IMG/VR virus record: IMGVR_UViG_3300006641_004726
Location: 1-53,015 of that record
DNA: 53,015 bases
Source: a virus
Lineage: Duplodnaviria; Caudoviricetes
Reading direction: 5' to 3' (one strand)
In this document: in pieces, positions 35,887 through 43,778 of the stretch
Layout: each line of letters opens with the position of its first letter
How positions within the stretch are numbered: the first letter of the stretch is position 1
Translations under genes and position numbers: made by a program
Notes under the pieces: generated by a model
What the model was told of the DNA's origin: nothing
The model's input: the letters and a program-made list of their open reading frames with translations, nothing else
The model's database searches: none

Positions 35887-36461
35887 TGATCTAAGGGTTT
35901 CCGGTGCGAGGAGTCAATCCCAAGACGCTTCTGGTGCCGGGCAACGTTTCCCGCATTACCGATAAATCCTGTCTTGGTGCATACAAACTGTTTGTTCTGG
36001 GCTTTCCTAAGGAGGCCAGACTCAACATTGATTTTCCCTTGCCGTTTTCCTAGGGACTGAATGTGTCCTGACTCAATGTTATTCTTTCCTTGAGACTTCC
36101 CGCCTTTGGGAGCCCCAAGTTGTTGGACTCGGAGCATGTGCCCCGTTTTCACGTTGACCAGACCCTGAGTGTGGCCCCCTAGGGCGCACGTGTCGATTCT
36201 GCCGAAGTCGGGGGAGGGCTGATTAGCTTTGTTGGCGAAGTGGGGGTTGTCGGCAACTTCAAAGTAGCGGTGAAGGATAACCTCCGCCGCCACTGCTTGC
36301 TCCCTTGTAGGGAACTCAGCGATGATGATCTTGTCAGTGGGTTGGAAGGTTGGATCAACGTAACTTCCGAAGTACCCGTCAGTGACGGGATCCTCAGACG
36401 ACTTGACGCCGATGTACCCACGTCCCCACTCTTCGTAGGAGTAGTAGACGTAATGTTTCAT
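35880..36461 (-). CDS. GIY-YIG (Seg-like) homing endonuclease
   Basis: HYVYYSYEEWGRGYIG...YFGS...AEVILH...HFAN, then GKxNxESG repeats. Confidence 0.82.
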   Translation of the reverse strand: MKHYVYYSYEEWGRGYIGVKSSEDPVTDGYFGSYVDPTFQPTDKIIIAEFPTREQAVAAEVILHRYFEVADNPHFANKANQPSPDFGRIDTCALGGHTQGLVNVKTGHMLRVQQLGAPKGGKSQGKNNIESGHIQSLGKRQGKINVESGLLRKAQNKQFVCTKTGFIGNAGNVARHQKRLGIDSSHRKPLDQC

Positions 36462-36655
36462 CAATATGCGGGAGGCACGGAGGTGCTACCGGTCGGGATG
36501 ATCGCTGCGCAACGCAGGTTCGGAGGCATCACCTGAGGAAGCCGGTAGAGAGGATAGCCGTTGGCGTCGTAATTGACGATGCTGGTCCAGGCAGCTGCGT
36601 AGTTGGGGTAGTGTGAGTTCAGATTGCTGCCACCCACCTGAGGAGTATCTGGCAT
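36461..36655 (-). CDS. Small protein paralogous to the N-terminus of the 893-aa Ig-repeat protein
   Basis: LNSHYPNYA...GYPLYRLP versus LNPQFPNYA...GQPLYRLP; a GGGTAAAAC motif lies upstream. Confidence 0.65.
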   Translation of the reverse strand: MPDTPQVGGSNLNSHYPNYAAAWTSIVNYDANGYPLYRLPQVMPPNLRCAAIIPTGSTSVPPAY

Positions 36656-36684
36656 TGGGAGGAGCTAGGAGTGCTGGGAGGGTT

Positions 36685-36942
36685 TTACCCCGGCTCGATG
36701 TCCCAGAATGTTTCACCAGGATCTCGGTCGTTCAGGCCCAGATTGAAGTGGTCATTCACCACCTCGAGCTCCGCACGCATGAACTGATTGCACCGCAGGT
36801 GGATGCGCAGGCGCCACGTCATGTAGGCCTTCCGGTTGGCTTGTGTGGGATTCTCGACGTACTTCTCGTAAGTTGAGGCGACCTTGTTCACCAGGTCAGG
36901 ACCGATCTTGGTGTGGGACGCCTTGGGGCTGATGACTCTCAT
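36685..36942 (-). CDS. Hypothetical protein (85 aa)
   Basis: ATG 36942 (MRVISPK) in an ATGA overlap with the upstream gene. Confidence 0.6.
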   Translation of the reverse strand: MRVISPKASHTKIGPDLVNKVASTYEKYVENPTQANRKAYMTWRLRIHLRCNQFMRAELEVVNDHFNLGLNDRDPGETFWDIEPG

Positions 36943-37835
36943 GAGAGGCGTGTCTGTGCTGTGTGTTGGTTGAACTCGCGGATGCGAGTCGAGTCGTAGA
37001 TCTCGCTGCGATGCTTCTGCAGCAGATCCATCGCGTCGTGGATCTTGGGGAACGCCATCATCCGGTCTGCCGGATTGTTGCGCCACACGTCGATCTCCTC
37101 CAGGGAGAACGGCCGGTCGTCTTCCCAGTCGGGGTCTGCCTCGCCGTAGATGAGGGGCAGGGCGTCACGGACCCACCACTCCTGGACTTTTGGTGCGAAC
37201 TGCTCCCACGCGCCTGGGGTGGTGATGTGGGTCTCGCACTCGCTGCGGATCCACTTGACGAACTCACGACCACGCTGCACCACGATCTCGGCGGTCACTG
37301 GGACGTCATCGAGGAGGTAGGCAGGGTCGTCACCGCTCATGACACGGTTGTAGACGGAGGGGAACACCACGCTCTGAGATGCCGCTTCGACGTCTGAAGC
37401 CTGGTCGCCGTGTGTGGACCACGAGGTGATGGCGGACAGAATCGCATCGAAGATGGCAATTGTGCGTGCTTTGCCAAGGACGACCTCATTGACAGACGCC
37501 TCGGCCTTGGAAGGCTGGTCCTTTTGGAGCTTCTCTATTTCCTTCTCAAGCTTAGCAATCCGCTTCTCATAGTCCTCACGCAACGACTTCTCATACGCGT
37601 CAAACTTGGAGATGAACTTGTCGATTCTGCCACTTGAAGAGCCGATCTCTTTGTCCATCGTGTCAATGATGGCATCCAAGGCATTAAGCTTGGATGAGAC
37701 CTGTTCTACGACGCGGCTCAGGGTGCTTCTGGTCTCATTGACCTTCTGTCGCGTGTTGGCAGTTTTCGTTGCGAGTCGCAGTTGCTCATTCTTCAGAGCC
37801 CCTGCAGCGTAGTTTAGATAGTCACGTGAGAGCAT
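36939..37835 (-). CDS. Hypothetical protein with N-terminal coiled coil (298 aa)
   Basis: Heptad pattern YEKRIAKLEKEIEKLQ; packed operon context. Confidence 0.7.
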   Translation of the reverse strand: MLSRDYLNYAAGALKNEQLRLATKTANTRQKVNETRSTLSRVVEQVSSKLNALDAIIDTMDKEIGSSSGRIDKFISKFDAYEKSLREDYEKRIAKLEKEIEKLQKDQPSKAEASVNEVVLGKARTIAIFDAILSAITSWSTHGDQASDVEAASQSVVFPSVYNRVMSGDDPAYLLDDVPVTAEIVVQRGREFVKWIRSECETHITTPGAWEQFAPKVQEWWVRDALPLIYGEADPDWEDDRPFSLEEIDVWRNNPADRMMAFPKIHDAMDLLQKHRSEIYDSTRIREFNQHTAQTRLS

Positions 37836-37836
37836 C

Positions 37837-38379
37837 TCAGTCGTTGAACACGGTTGCTTTGAGTTGGTCGGTTGCGATGTCGATCACCTCGATCTTGAAC
37901 CCAAACATTCTATCAGGGTCTGAGAGCAGGTGGAACGACCCACTGAAGAAGTCTCCGTCATCGGAGCGGAGGTACTGGTTCGAGGGCATTGGTGGGTCGC
38001 AGAGCACGATGTCTCCTGCGAACTCCGGCTTGCTCTCCTCGATGGCAGTCACGAGGCGGCGGTACATCGTGGATGTGATCGCCATCTCGTCTTCGTTGGA
38101 GATGCCAGCCACGTACTCGCCCTGAGGCCGGAGCTCTGCAGCTGTGCCTGTATCGAGGATCACTTGGATCACGCCAGGTTCGTCGGGCGACTCGCGGAAG
38201 CAGGCCTCGGTGGCGTGGAATTCTATCTCGTCTGGTTCTGAGTCGTTGATGTCAGCCTCGATCAGCTCGTAAAAGAGATCCTTGATCGTGGGTGCGTCGG
38301 GTCCGCCGATGTGTGCTGCGATCGCGAAGAAGATCTTCGGATTGGCTAGCAAACGATCGACCGGATAGATGATTTCCAT
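37837..38379 (-). CDS. Acidic hypothetical protein (180 aa)
   Basis: ATG 38379 (MEIIYPVDRLL); a TACACT and a GGGTAAAAC motif lie upstream. Confidence 0.7.
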   Translation of the reverse strand: MEIIYPVDRLLANPKIFFAIAAHIGGPDAPTIKDLFYELIEADINDSEPDEIEFHATEACFRESPDEPGVIQVILDTGTAAELRPQGEYVAGISNEDEMAITSTMYRRLVTAIEESKPEFAGDIVLCDPPMPSNQYLRSDDGDFFSGSFHLLSDPDRMFGFKIEVIDIATDQLKATVFND

Positions 38380-38513
38380 GAGTCTCAGTCTCCAGGTCCA
38401 GTGTAGTGGGCTGGGGGCCCAGTGAACCACATCGTGGTTTTACCCGCCCCCGAAAAGTGCTTCTCAGCTCTGCGGTTCTCTGAGTTTCCTCGGAGAAGTG
38501 GGACACTGAGATC

Positions 38514-40520
38514 TCACGCGAGCTCATCCAGACTGGCGACCTTGTTGCCCTTTGCACCTGGTCGACCCGCCTTGGCGGTGGCCAGTGTGATCTGCATCGG
38601 CTTCTTCCGCTTCGATTTGAACTCCACGGTGTAGCCATCCTCTCCGAAATGCACGAGCTCTGCTCCCTCAGGGAGAGCGCTCTTGCCCTTGCTCGTGGTC
38701 TTGCACAGATCCTCACCGCTGAGGGTCAGAGCCTTGAGCTGCCCTTCGAGCTTGAACACCATCAGGTACTTCCTGAGGGAAACCTCCGCCTCCCTCTTGG
38801 CCAGCACCACACCCGTGTAGGAGTCGGCGATGGGTCCCTTGAACGTGGCAGGCACCTTCTTGAGGAGACCGTCCTGCGTGAGGAACACCACCTTGTCCTT
38901 CTGGTCCAGCACCAGAGCACCGCGTGGTCCCTTGGCTTGGGTCACTGTGCCTTTGCGTTGGTCCACCACCATGAACCGCGGGCGAGCCGTCCTGGGTCCC
39001 TGGTCGCGCTTTGCCGCGGTGGATGAGGTTGCCTTCACAAACCCTGCCGGAGGCCCAACCAGGGGCGACCTCCTGCGCTCTCCGTGGCGCTTCGCAAGCT
39101 CCTCCATCTGAGCGAGTGCCCACGTCTTCCGTGCGTCCTTGCTCTTCACCAGGTTCTCCAGCTCTGCCACAGTGGAGATGAGTTCCTGCTCCTCAGCGAG
39201 GAGTTCCTCACGGTCCAGGCCGGTGAGTTGCCGCAGCTTCATCTCGAGGATGGCTCTGGCTTGGTCCGGTGTGAACTTCAGCGTGCGGGTCGTCACCAGT
39301 GTGGTGAGAGCATCCTTCGGTGTGGCCGAAGCGCGGATGATCTTGATGACGGCATCGATCTTGTCGATCGCCTTGAGGAAGCCACGAACGATCTCGAGGC
39401 GTGCCTCCTTCAGGTCAAGCTCGTGCTTGAACTTGACTTCCAGGCGACCCAGTCTCCACTCGAACCATCTCTGACAAATGTCAACTGGCGAGAGCTCGAC
39501 CGGTCGCGTACCGTCAATAACCAGCGTCTTTGCCGAATAGCGAGTGTCAAGATCGGTGGTTGCGAAGAGTTGCTGAGCCAGCTGTTCAGCGTCCACACCG
39601 GGCTTCGCAACAACACTGACACGGTCTCCGGAGAGATCAGACTCATCGATGACTTCTGCGATTCCGTCGATTCGCCCCTTCTCGAGGGCTTCCTTGATCT
39701 GTTCACCCAGTTTTTCAGGGTTGATCCGAGGCGGTAGGTTTGTAAACGTGACCACTCCTCGATCCTTCGCCCGACCCTCACGCTTCTGCGTAGAGACCTC
39801 GTAGCGTGCTCGACAGCGAATGCTGCCGCTACCAGTCTGAGTGTAAGTAAGTAGATTCTCATCCTGAACGATCTCGCATCCTGTGGGGAAGTCAGGGAGC
39901 AGGAGTTCCCGCGCTTTCTTGATGTTTCCAGTCGCAGCGAGCGTGGTTGCCTTCACGACGTCACGCAGGTTGTGCGGTGCGAGCGTTGTGGCGAAGCCCA
40001 CTGCGATGCCAGCGTCTCCGTTGAGGAGGATCGAAGGCACTGCAGTGTTGAAGCGCGCAGCCTCCTGACGAGAACCGTCGTAGTTCGGTCGTGTGTCCCA
40101 CGTGGCACGGTCCTGAAGCAGCAGTTCCACTGCTGAGGGACGGAGCTTCGCCTCCGTGTAGCGCTCAGCTGCAGGTCCATCGACGGAGGAACCGAAGTTG
40201 CCATGGCCGTTCACCCACGGAACGTTGTTGTTCCACTCGGTGGCCATGTTGACCAGAGTGCCGTAGCAACTGCCTTGTGGGTGGTAGTAGGCGAGTGTGA
40301 GGCCGGTGACGCGAGCGCACTTGACGAACTTCTTCTCAGGGGTGAGACCCTCCTCGATCATCGTCTGGAGGATTCTCCTCGCCGCAGGCTTCAGGCCGTC
40401 GTAGAGGTCAGGGATCGCTCGGCCGAGGAGCACGGCCATCGCGTAGTCGCCGTAGTCCTCCTTCATCTGGTTGGCCAGATTGACTGGCACCACGTTCTCT
40501 TTCACGCTTCGTTTCGGCAT
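38514..40520 (-). CDS. gyrA: Type IIA topoisomerase subunit A (GyrA/ParC-like) with short CTD
   Basis: RAIPDLYDGLKP..RRIL, GHGNFGS, AAERYTEAKL (catalytic Tyr), GIAVGFAT and PDFPTG. Confidence 0.93.
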   Translation of the reverse strand: MPKRSVKENVVPVNLANQMKEDYGDYAMAVLLGRAIPDLYDGLKPAARRILQTMIEEGLTPEKKFVKCARVTGLTLAYYHPQGSCYGTLVNMATEWNNNVPWVNGHGNFGSSVDGPAAERYTEAKLRPSAVELLLQDRATWDTRPNYDGSRQEAARFNTAVPSILLNGDAGIAVGFATTLAPHNLRDVVKATTLAATGNIKKARELLLPDFPTGCEIVQDENLLTYTQTGSGSIRCRARYEVSTQKREGRAKDRGVVTFTNLPPRINPEKLGEQIKEALEKGRIDGIAEVIDESDLSGDRVSVVAKPGVDAEQLAQQLFATTDLDTRYSAKTLVIDGTRPVELSPVDICQRWFEWRLGRLEVKFKHELDLKEARLEIVRGFLKAIDKIDAVIKIIRASATPKDALTTLVTTRTLKFTPDQARAILEMKLRQLTGLDREELLAEEQELISTVAELENLVKSKDARKTWALAQMEELAKRHGERRRSPLVGPPAGFVKATSSTAAKRDQGPRTARPRFMVVDQRKGTVTQAKGPRGALVLDQKDKVVFLTQDGLLKKVPATFKGPIADSYTGVVLAKREAEVSLRKYLMVFKLEGQLKALTLSGEDLCKTTSKGKSALPEGAELVHFGEDGYTVEFKSKRKKPMQITLATAKAGRPGAKGNKVASLDELA

Positions 40521-40561
40521 GTGTGTGTTTGGAGTGTAGTGGTCACTCGGTGACGGTCACC

Positions 40562-40894
40562 TCAGTCTTTCACACCAGAGGCGATCATGTGGCGAGCCGC
40601 GACGGTGACTCCGAGGAGAGCCAGACCGAGAGGAGCGGTGCAAGCTGCTCCACAGTACAGAGCGAGGGCACCGAGGCCGACTTGTGCGCCGATCAAGTCG
40701 TCCGCTTCCTTGAGCTGCTTGCCGGTGCGAACGGCCTCAGCCATCTGACGTTGAGTCAGAGGCCGACCCACGGCGGGGGCGGCAGCGGTGCGGTTGAACT
40801 GGATCTGCTGTGTGGTCTCGACTTTCTCGACCTTTGGAGCGCGTCCTGCGTTCCAGTGGGCTTCGAACTCAGCGAAAGCGGCGTTGGTGTCCAT
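40562..40894 (-). CDS. Small membrane protein
   Basis: Hydrophobic Gly/Ala-rich C-terminal helices. Confidence 0.65.
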   Translation of the reverse strand: MDTNAAFAEFEAHWNAGRAPKVEKVETTQQIQFNRTAAAPAVGRPLTQRQMAEAVRTGKQLKEADDLIGAQVGLGALALYCGAACTAPLGLALLGVTVAARHMIASGVKD

Positions 40895-40900
40895 TGTGGT

Positions 40901-41107
40901 TTAGTGGAGGATGACTTTGGAGACAGTGACTTGATCGTAGACAGGATCGCCGGCGAAGCAGGCGTCATCATCATCTTCGACCATGGCCCTCAGCGTTGCA
41001 GCCTTGAGCTCAGCATCCGCCTCGTTGGCGTAGGCGGAGTGGAACACGAGGTCGTCGTAGTAGTCAGAACCACGAGCCTCGACGATGTAGATGTGAGTCA
41101 TGATCAA
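40901..41107 (-). CDS. Small acidic hypothetical (early) protein
   Basis: Packed small ORF with typical codon usage; start may be a codon or two downstream. Confidence 0.65.
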   Translation of the reverse strand: MIMTHIYIVEARGSDYYDDLVFHSAYANEADAELKAATLRAMVEDDDDACFAGDPVYDQVTVSKVILH

Positions 41108-41298
41108 GCGAGGGTCCAGAGTTGTTCGCCTTTGGCAGTGAGAGCCCAGAACTCGCTCTGCTTCATGCCCCAGACGGCACCCCAGCGGCGAGCGATGTGG
41201 CCACGCTCCTGCAGGGAGCGGAGTTGTTTCTCGGTCATCTCGTCAAGGTTGAGGATGCCGAGAGTAGCGTTGGTTTGCATGGTGGGTGTTTTGCTCAT
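41104..41298 (-). CDS. Small hypothetical early protein, probably leaderless
   Basis: ATG 41298 lies 6 nt after a TATGAT -10; winged-helix-like end (FWALTAKG). Confidence 0.6.
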   Translation of the reverse strand: MSKTPTMQTNATLGILNLDEMTEKQLRSLQERGHIARRWGAVWGMKQSEFWALTAKGEQLWTLA

Positions 41299-41304
41299 GT
41301 AGTA

Positions 41305-41363
41305 ATCATACAGCAGAAAAGGGCCCCTTTCGGAGCCCTTGTGCCACTTCTTCAACTGTCACA
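41305..41363 (-). promoter_or_regulatory. Early promoter element (two boxes, hairpin, -10), copy E
   Basis: TGTGACAGTTGAAGAAGTGGCACA, then AGGGCTCC-GAAA-GGGGCCCTTTT, then TG-TATGAT. Confidence 0.8.
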
Positions 41364-41858
41364 TCATGATCTGCCCAGAATGTTGCGTTCTATCTCCTCC
41401 ATGAATGCAGGCACAGGCAGGAGGTTGGTTTCGCACGGAATTGCGAATTTCCAGTGGCGGTTGCCGTCCCTGCGCAGCAGATCCATGTCCGCGTGCTCGT
41501 AGAGGCGTGAGGTGAGCACGTCATCGAAGCGACGGCTGAGGAAGTTGTTCTCCTCCTTCGAGACGCGAACGGTCTTGCACAGCTCGGTGTAGATCGCGGG
41601 GAAGAGCTCGTCGTCGACCAGCTCAGGACGCTCCACGAAGACCTTGAAGAAGGCCTCGGGGCGGTAGAAGTGGTCACGTGTCTTCGGCTTCACGAGCGAA
41701 TCCGCAGTGCAGAGTCCTGTATCGATCTTGATCTCGTGGAAGTGCAGGTAGAAGTCCCGCTTGGCCCCGCCGTAGTCCAAGATCGAGTGATTCAGGTTCA
41801 CACGCAGCACGTCACGGAAGCGCTCCATGCGAGCGGTCAGATCGGGCGTTTTCTTCAT
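41364..41858 (-). CDS. Hypothetical protein, possible degenerate His-Me finger nuclease
   Basis: TRDHFYRP...KTVRVSKEENNFL resembles the DH...N arrangement. Confidence 0.55.
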   Translation of the reverse strand: MKKTPDLTARMERFRDVLRVNLNHSILDYGGAKRDFYLHFHEIKIDTGLCTADSLVKPKTRDHFYRPEAFFKVFVERPELVDDELFPAIYTELCKTVRVSKEENNFLSRRFDDVLTSRLYEHADMDLLRRDGNRHWKFAIPCETNLLPVPAFMEEIERNILGRS

Positions 41859-41861
41859 GCG

Positions 41862-41882
41862 AAAAAGCCCCCTTGCGGGGGC
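41862..41882 (-). terminator. Intrinsic terminator
   Basis: GCCCCC-GCAA-GGGGGC followed by TTTTT. Confidence 0.85.
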
Positions 41883-41902
41883 GGTATGGATTGCGGAGAG
41901 GA

Positions 41903-42112
41903 TCAGAGGCCGGCGAGGCGGTCCAGAGCGGCTTGACGGCGGTCAGCCTTGACCTGCTCCTTGTAGTTCTTGACGACTTCCTCGAGGTTCCGAACCATCT
42001 GCTTGCCGAGGCCGGCAGCGGGAGTCATGGAACCGGTGCGGCCCTTGCCGCAGGCAACCTCACCAGCGCCATGCTTGGGGGCGCGGTTGGGGAGCTTGGT
42101 GATGACGGTCAT
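41903..42112 (-). CDS. Small basic hypothetical early protein (69 aa)
   Basis: Lies between promoter copy D and a terminator; A/C-rich leader. Confidence 0.7.
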   Translation of the reverse strand: MTVITKLPNRAPKHGAGEVACGKGRTGSMTPAAGLGKQMVRNLEEVVKNYKEQVKADRRQAALDRLAGL

Positions 42113-42162
42113 GGTTTGAAGTGTGGTTTGTGAAAGGTGAGGGTCTCATCCCTCATGTACCT

Positions 42163-42222
42163 AATATACGACCTCAGCGAGGCCAGTGACACAGGCCTTG
42201 TGCTACTTCTCCAACCGTCACA
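42163..42222 (-). promoter_or_regulatory. Early promoter element, copy D
   Basis: TGTGACGGTTGGAGAAGTAGCACA, then AGGCC...GGCCT, then TATATT. Confidence 0.75.
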
Positions 42223-43098
42223 CTAGTTGACCGCCACCTTGATGGCGTCGTGAGGCTGGTAGTTGGAGATGCCGAGGTCATCCAGCTGCACGTCATCCCA
42301 GCTCGTGTACTCACGCTGGTTCAGGAGGAGACGACACTCTGGGCGGGACTCACGAGCGATCAGCTCCTCAGCGATGTCGTAGCAGTTCTTGTAGATGTGG
42401 GAGTTGGAGGATGGCATGTAGACGTAGCGTGGCTCGAAGCCAGTCATCTTGGCCATCACCGTCAGGATGATCGCGTAGCGTGCGATGTCCAGAGGGAAGC
42501 CCACGATCATGTCGTTGGACCGTGCCGGAACCATGAGGTCGAGCTCATCACCGCTTGGTGTGAACTGCATCGCCAGATGGCACGGCGGACACCCCACATT
42601 CATCGCAGTGGGATTGGTCGTGATGACGGTGCCGTGACGTGAGTTTGGAGTGTCAGCGAGGAGAGCACGGACACGCTCAAGCTGGTCAACGGCACCCACG
42701 GTCACAAGAGTCTCATTTGGAACCTCAGAGCCTGCCCGTGAGGCAGGCCACTTGCGCCATTGACGATTGTAGGCGGAAGCACCGAGCTCGCCGTCATCAT
42801 CAGCAAGGAAGTCCCAGAAGTGGCGAGCAGGGCCGAGGGCTTCGACGTTCTGTGAGAGACCGATGTCAAACAGGAACTCACGAACGAGATTCTTGAACGG
42901 CATCTTGCGAAGCCGAGTCAGAGGGAAGCCGCACTGGAGGTCGACACGGACAGACGCACCGAACGTGGACTTGGTCTCACCATTCCGACCGACGAAGCCC
43001 TCACCGTAGTCCATCAGTTTCGTGATGTAGGCGCGGTAGATGTCATCCCAGTTGTTGCTGGTGATGATGGTGTCGTTGAAGACGAAGTTGTGACTCAA
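42223..43098 (-). CDS. Thymidylate synthase homolog with Asn->Asp specificity change (predicted dCMP methylase/hydroxymethylase)
   Basis: Collinear with ThyA (GFPL, YNRQWRKW, DQL, PPCH, HIY), but reads RSNDMIVGFPLDIARY where ThyA has RSxDxxLGxPFNIASY. Confidence 0.85.
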   Translation of the reverse strand: MSHNFVFNDTIITSNNWDDIYRAYITKLMDYGEGFVGRNGETKSTFGASVRVDLQCGFPLTRLRKMPFKNLVREFLFDIGLSQNVEALGPARHFWDFLADDDGELGASAYNRQWRKWPASRAGSEVPNETLVTVGAVDQLERVRALLADTPNSRHGTVITTNPTAMNVGCPPCHLAMQFTPSGDELDLMVPARSNDMIVGFPLDIARYAIILTVMAKMTGFEPRYVYMPSSNSHIYKNCYDIAEELIARESRPECRLLLNQREYTSWDDVQLDDLGISNYQPHDAIKVAVN

Positions 43099-43679
43099 TT
43101 GATTTCCTCCAGATAGAACATGATCTCTTCTACGGCATCGGACGTGAACTCACCAGCATCAACCCAGATGGTGGGGAATGCAGTGATATTCTCAGTGAAG
43201 TCACGAATCCGCTGGTAGTATAGCTCGTGCTCTCTCATTCGTGCGATGTAGAGATCACGCTTGGCCCAGTCGGCTGCGTTGGGGTGGAGCAGGTCGATCT
43301 CAGCGAGGTGGTGCTTCGCCGACCAGTGCCAAGGGCGGTGGTAGACGACGTGGACCGTCTTGAAGGTGTCGGAGCAGCGCATGAGCTCGATCTCGAGATC
43401 CACGATGTGGCTCAGGTGACCGGCGTTTCCACGGCGGTGCGTCTCAAACACCATCGAGCACGGGTAGGAACGGTCAAAGAGGCAGAGCTCCTTCCCACCA
43501 CGAACCCACTCTTGAATCTTGTCGCGATTGATGTCGTAAGGGTCATCTTGGTCTAGAGGTGGTTCGGCGAGGTGGATCACGTCCACTCGCTTATCCCCAC
43601 GCATCTTGAGGATGGTGTCGCAGAGTGTGGACTTCCCCACACGGTCAGGACCGGAAATGATGACGAGCTTGCGTGTCAT
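43095..43679 (-). CDS. P-loop nucleotide monophosphate kinase-like protein (paralog 2)
   Basis: SGPDRVGKST and LFDRSY; ATG 43679 follows promoter copy C. Confidence 0.8.
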   Translation of the reverse strand: MTRKLVIISGPDRVGKSTLCDTILKMRGDKRVDVIHLAEPPLDQDDPYDINRDKIQEWVRGGKELCLFDRSYPCSMVFETHRRGNAGHLSHIVDLEIELMRCSDTFKTVHVVYHRPWHWSAKHHLAEIDLLHPNAADWAKRDLYIARMREHELYYQRIRDFTENITAFPTIWVDAGEFTSDAVEEIMFYLEEIN

Positions 43680-43701
43680 GTGGTGAGGGGCGTCTGTGGA
43701 T

Positions 43702-43757
43702 AGTATAACGGCCGCCCCCAAGTGGAAGCGGCCGATGTGCCAGTTTTTCAACCGGCA
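43702..43757 (-). promoter_or_regulatory. Early promoter element, copy C
   Basis: TGCCGGTTGAAAAACTGGCACA, then CGGCCGC...GCGGCCG, then TATACT. Confidence 0.7.
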
Positions 43758-43778
43758 TGGATTTTCATCCTGAGTGAA

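Noticed and set aside
35880-36461. GIY-YIG gene as intron-encoded, joining the 64-aa and 893-aa ORFs
   Set aside because: It overlaps both neighbours, leaving no room for a ribozyme core. The flanking ORFs are paralogous starts, not consecutive exons.
38446-38512. Imperfect repeats after gyrA (TCTCAG/CTGAGA; CACTTCTCCGAGG vs CACTTTTCGGGG)
   Set aside because: Too short and ambiguous to call a terminator, origin or RNA.
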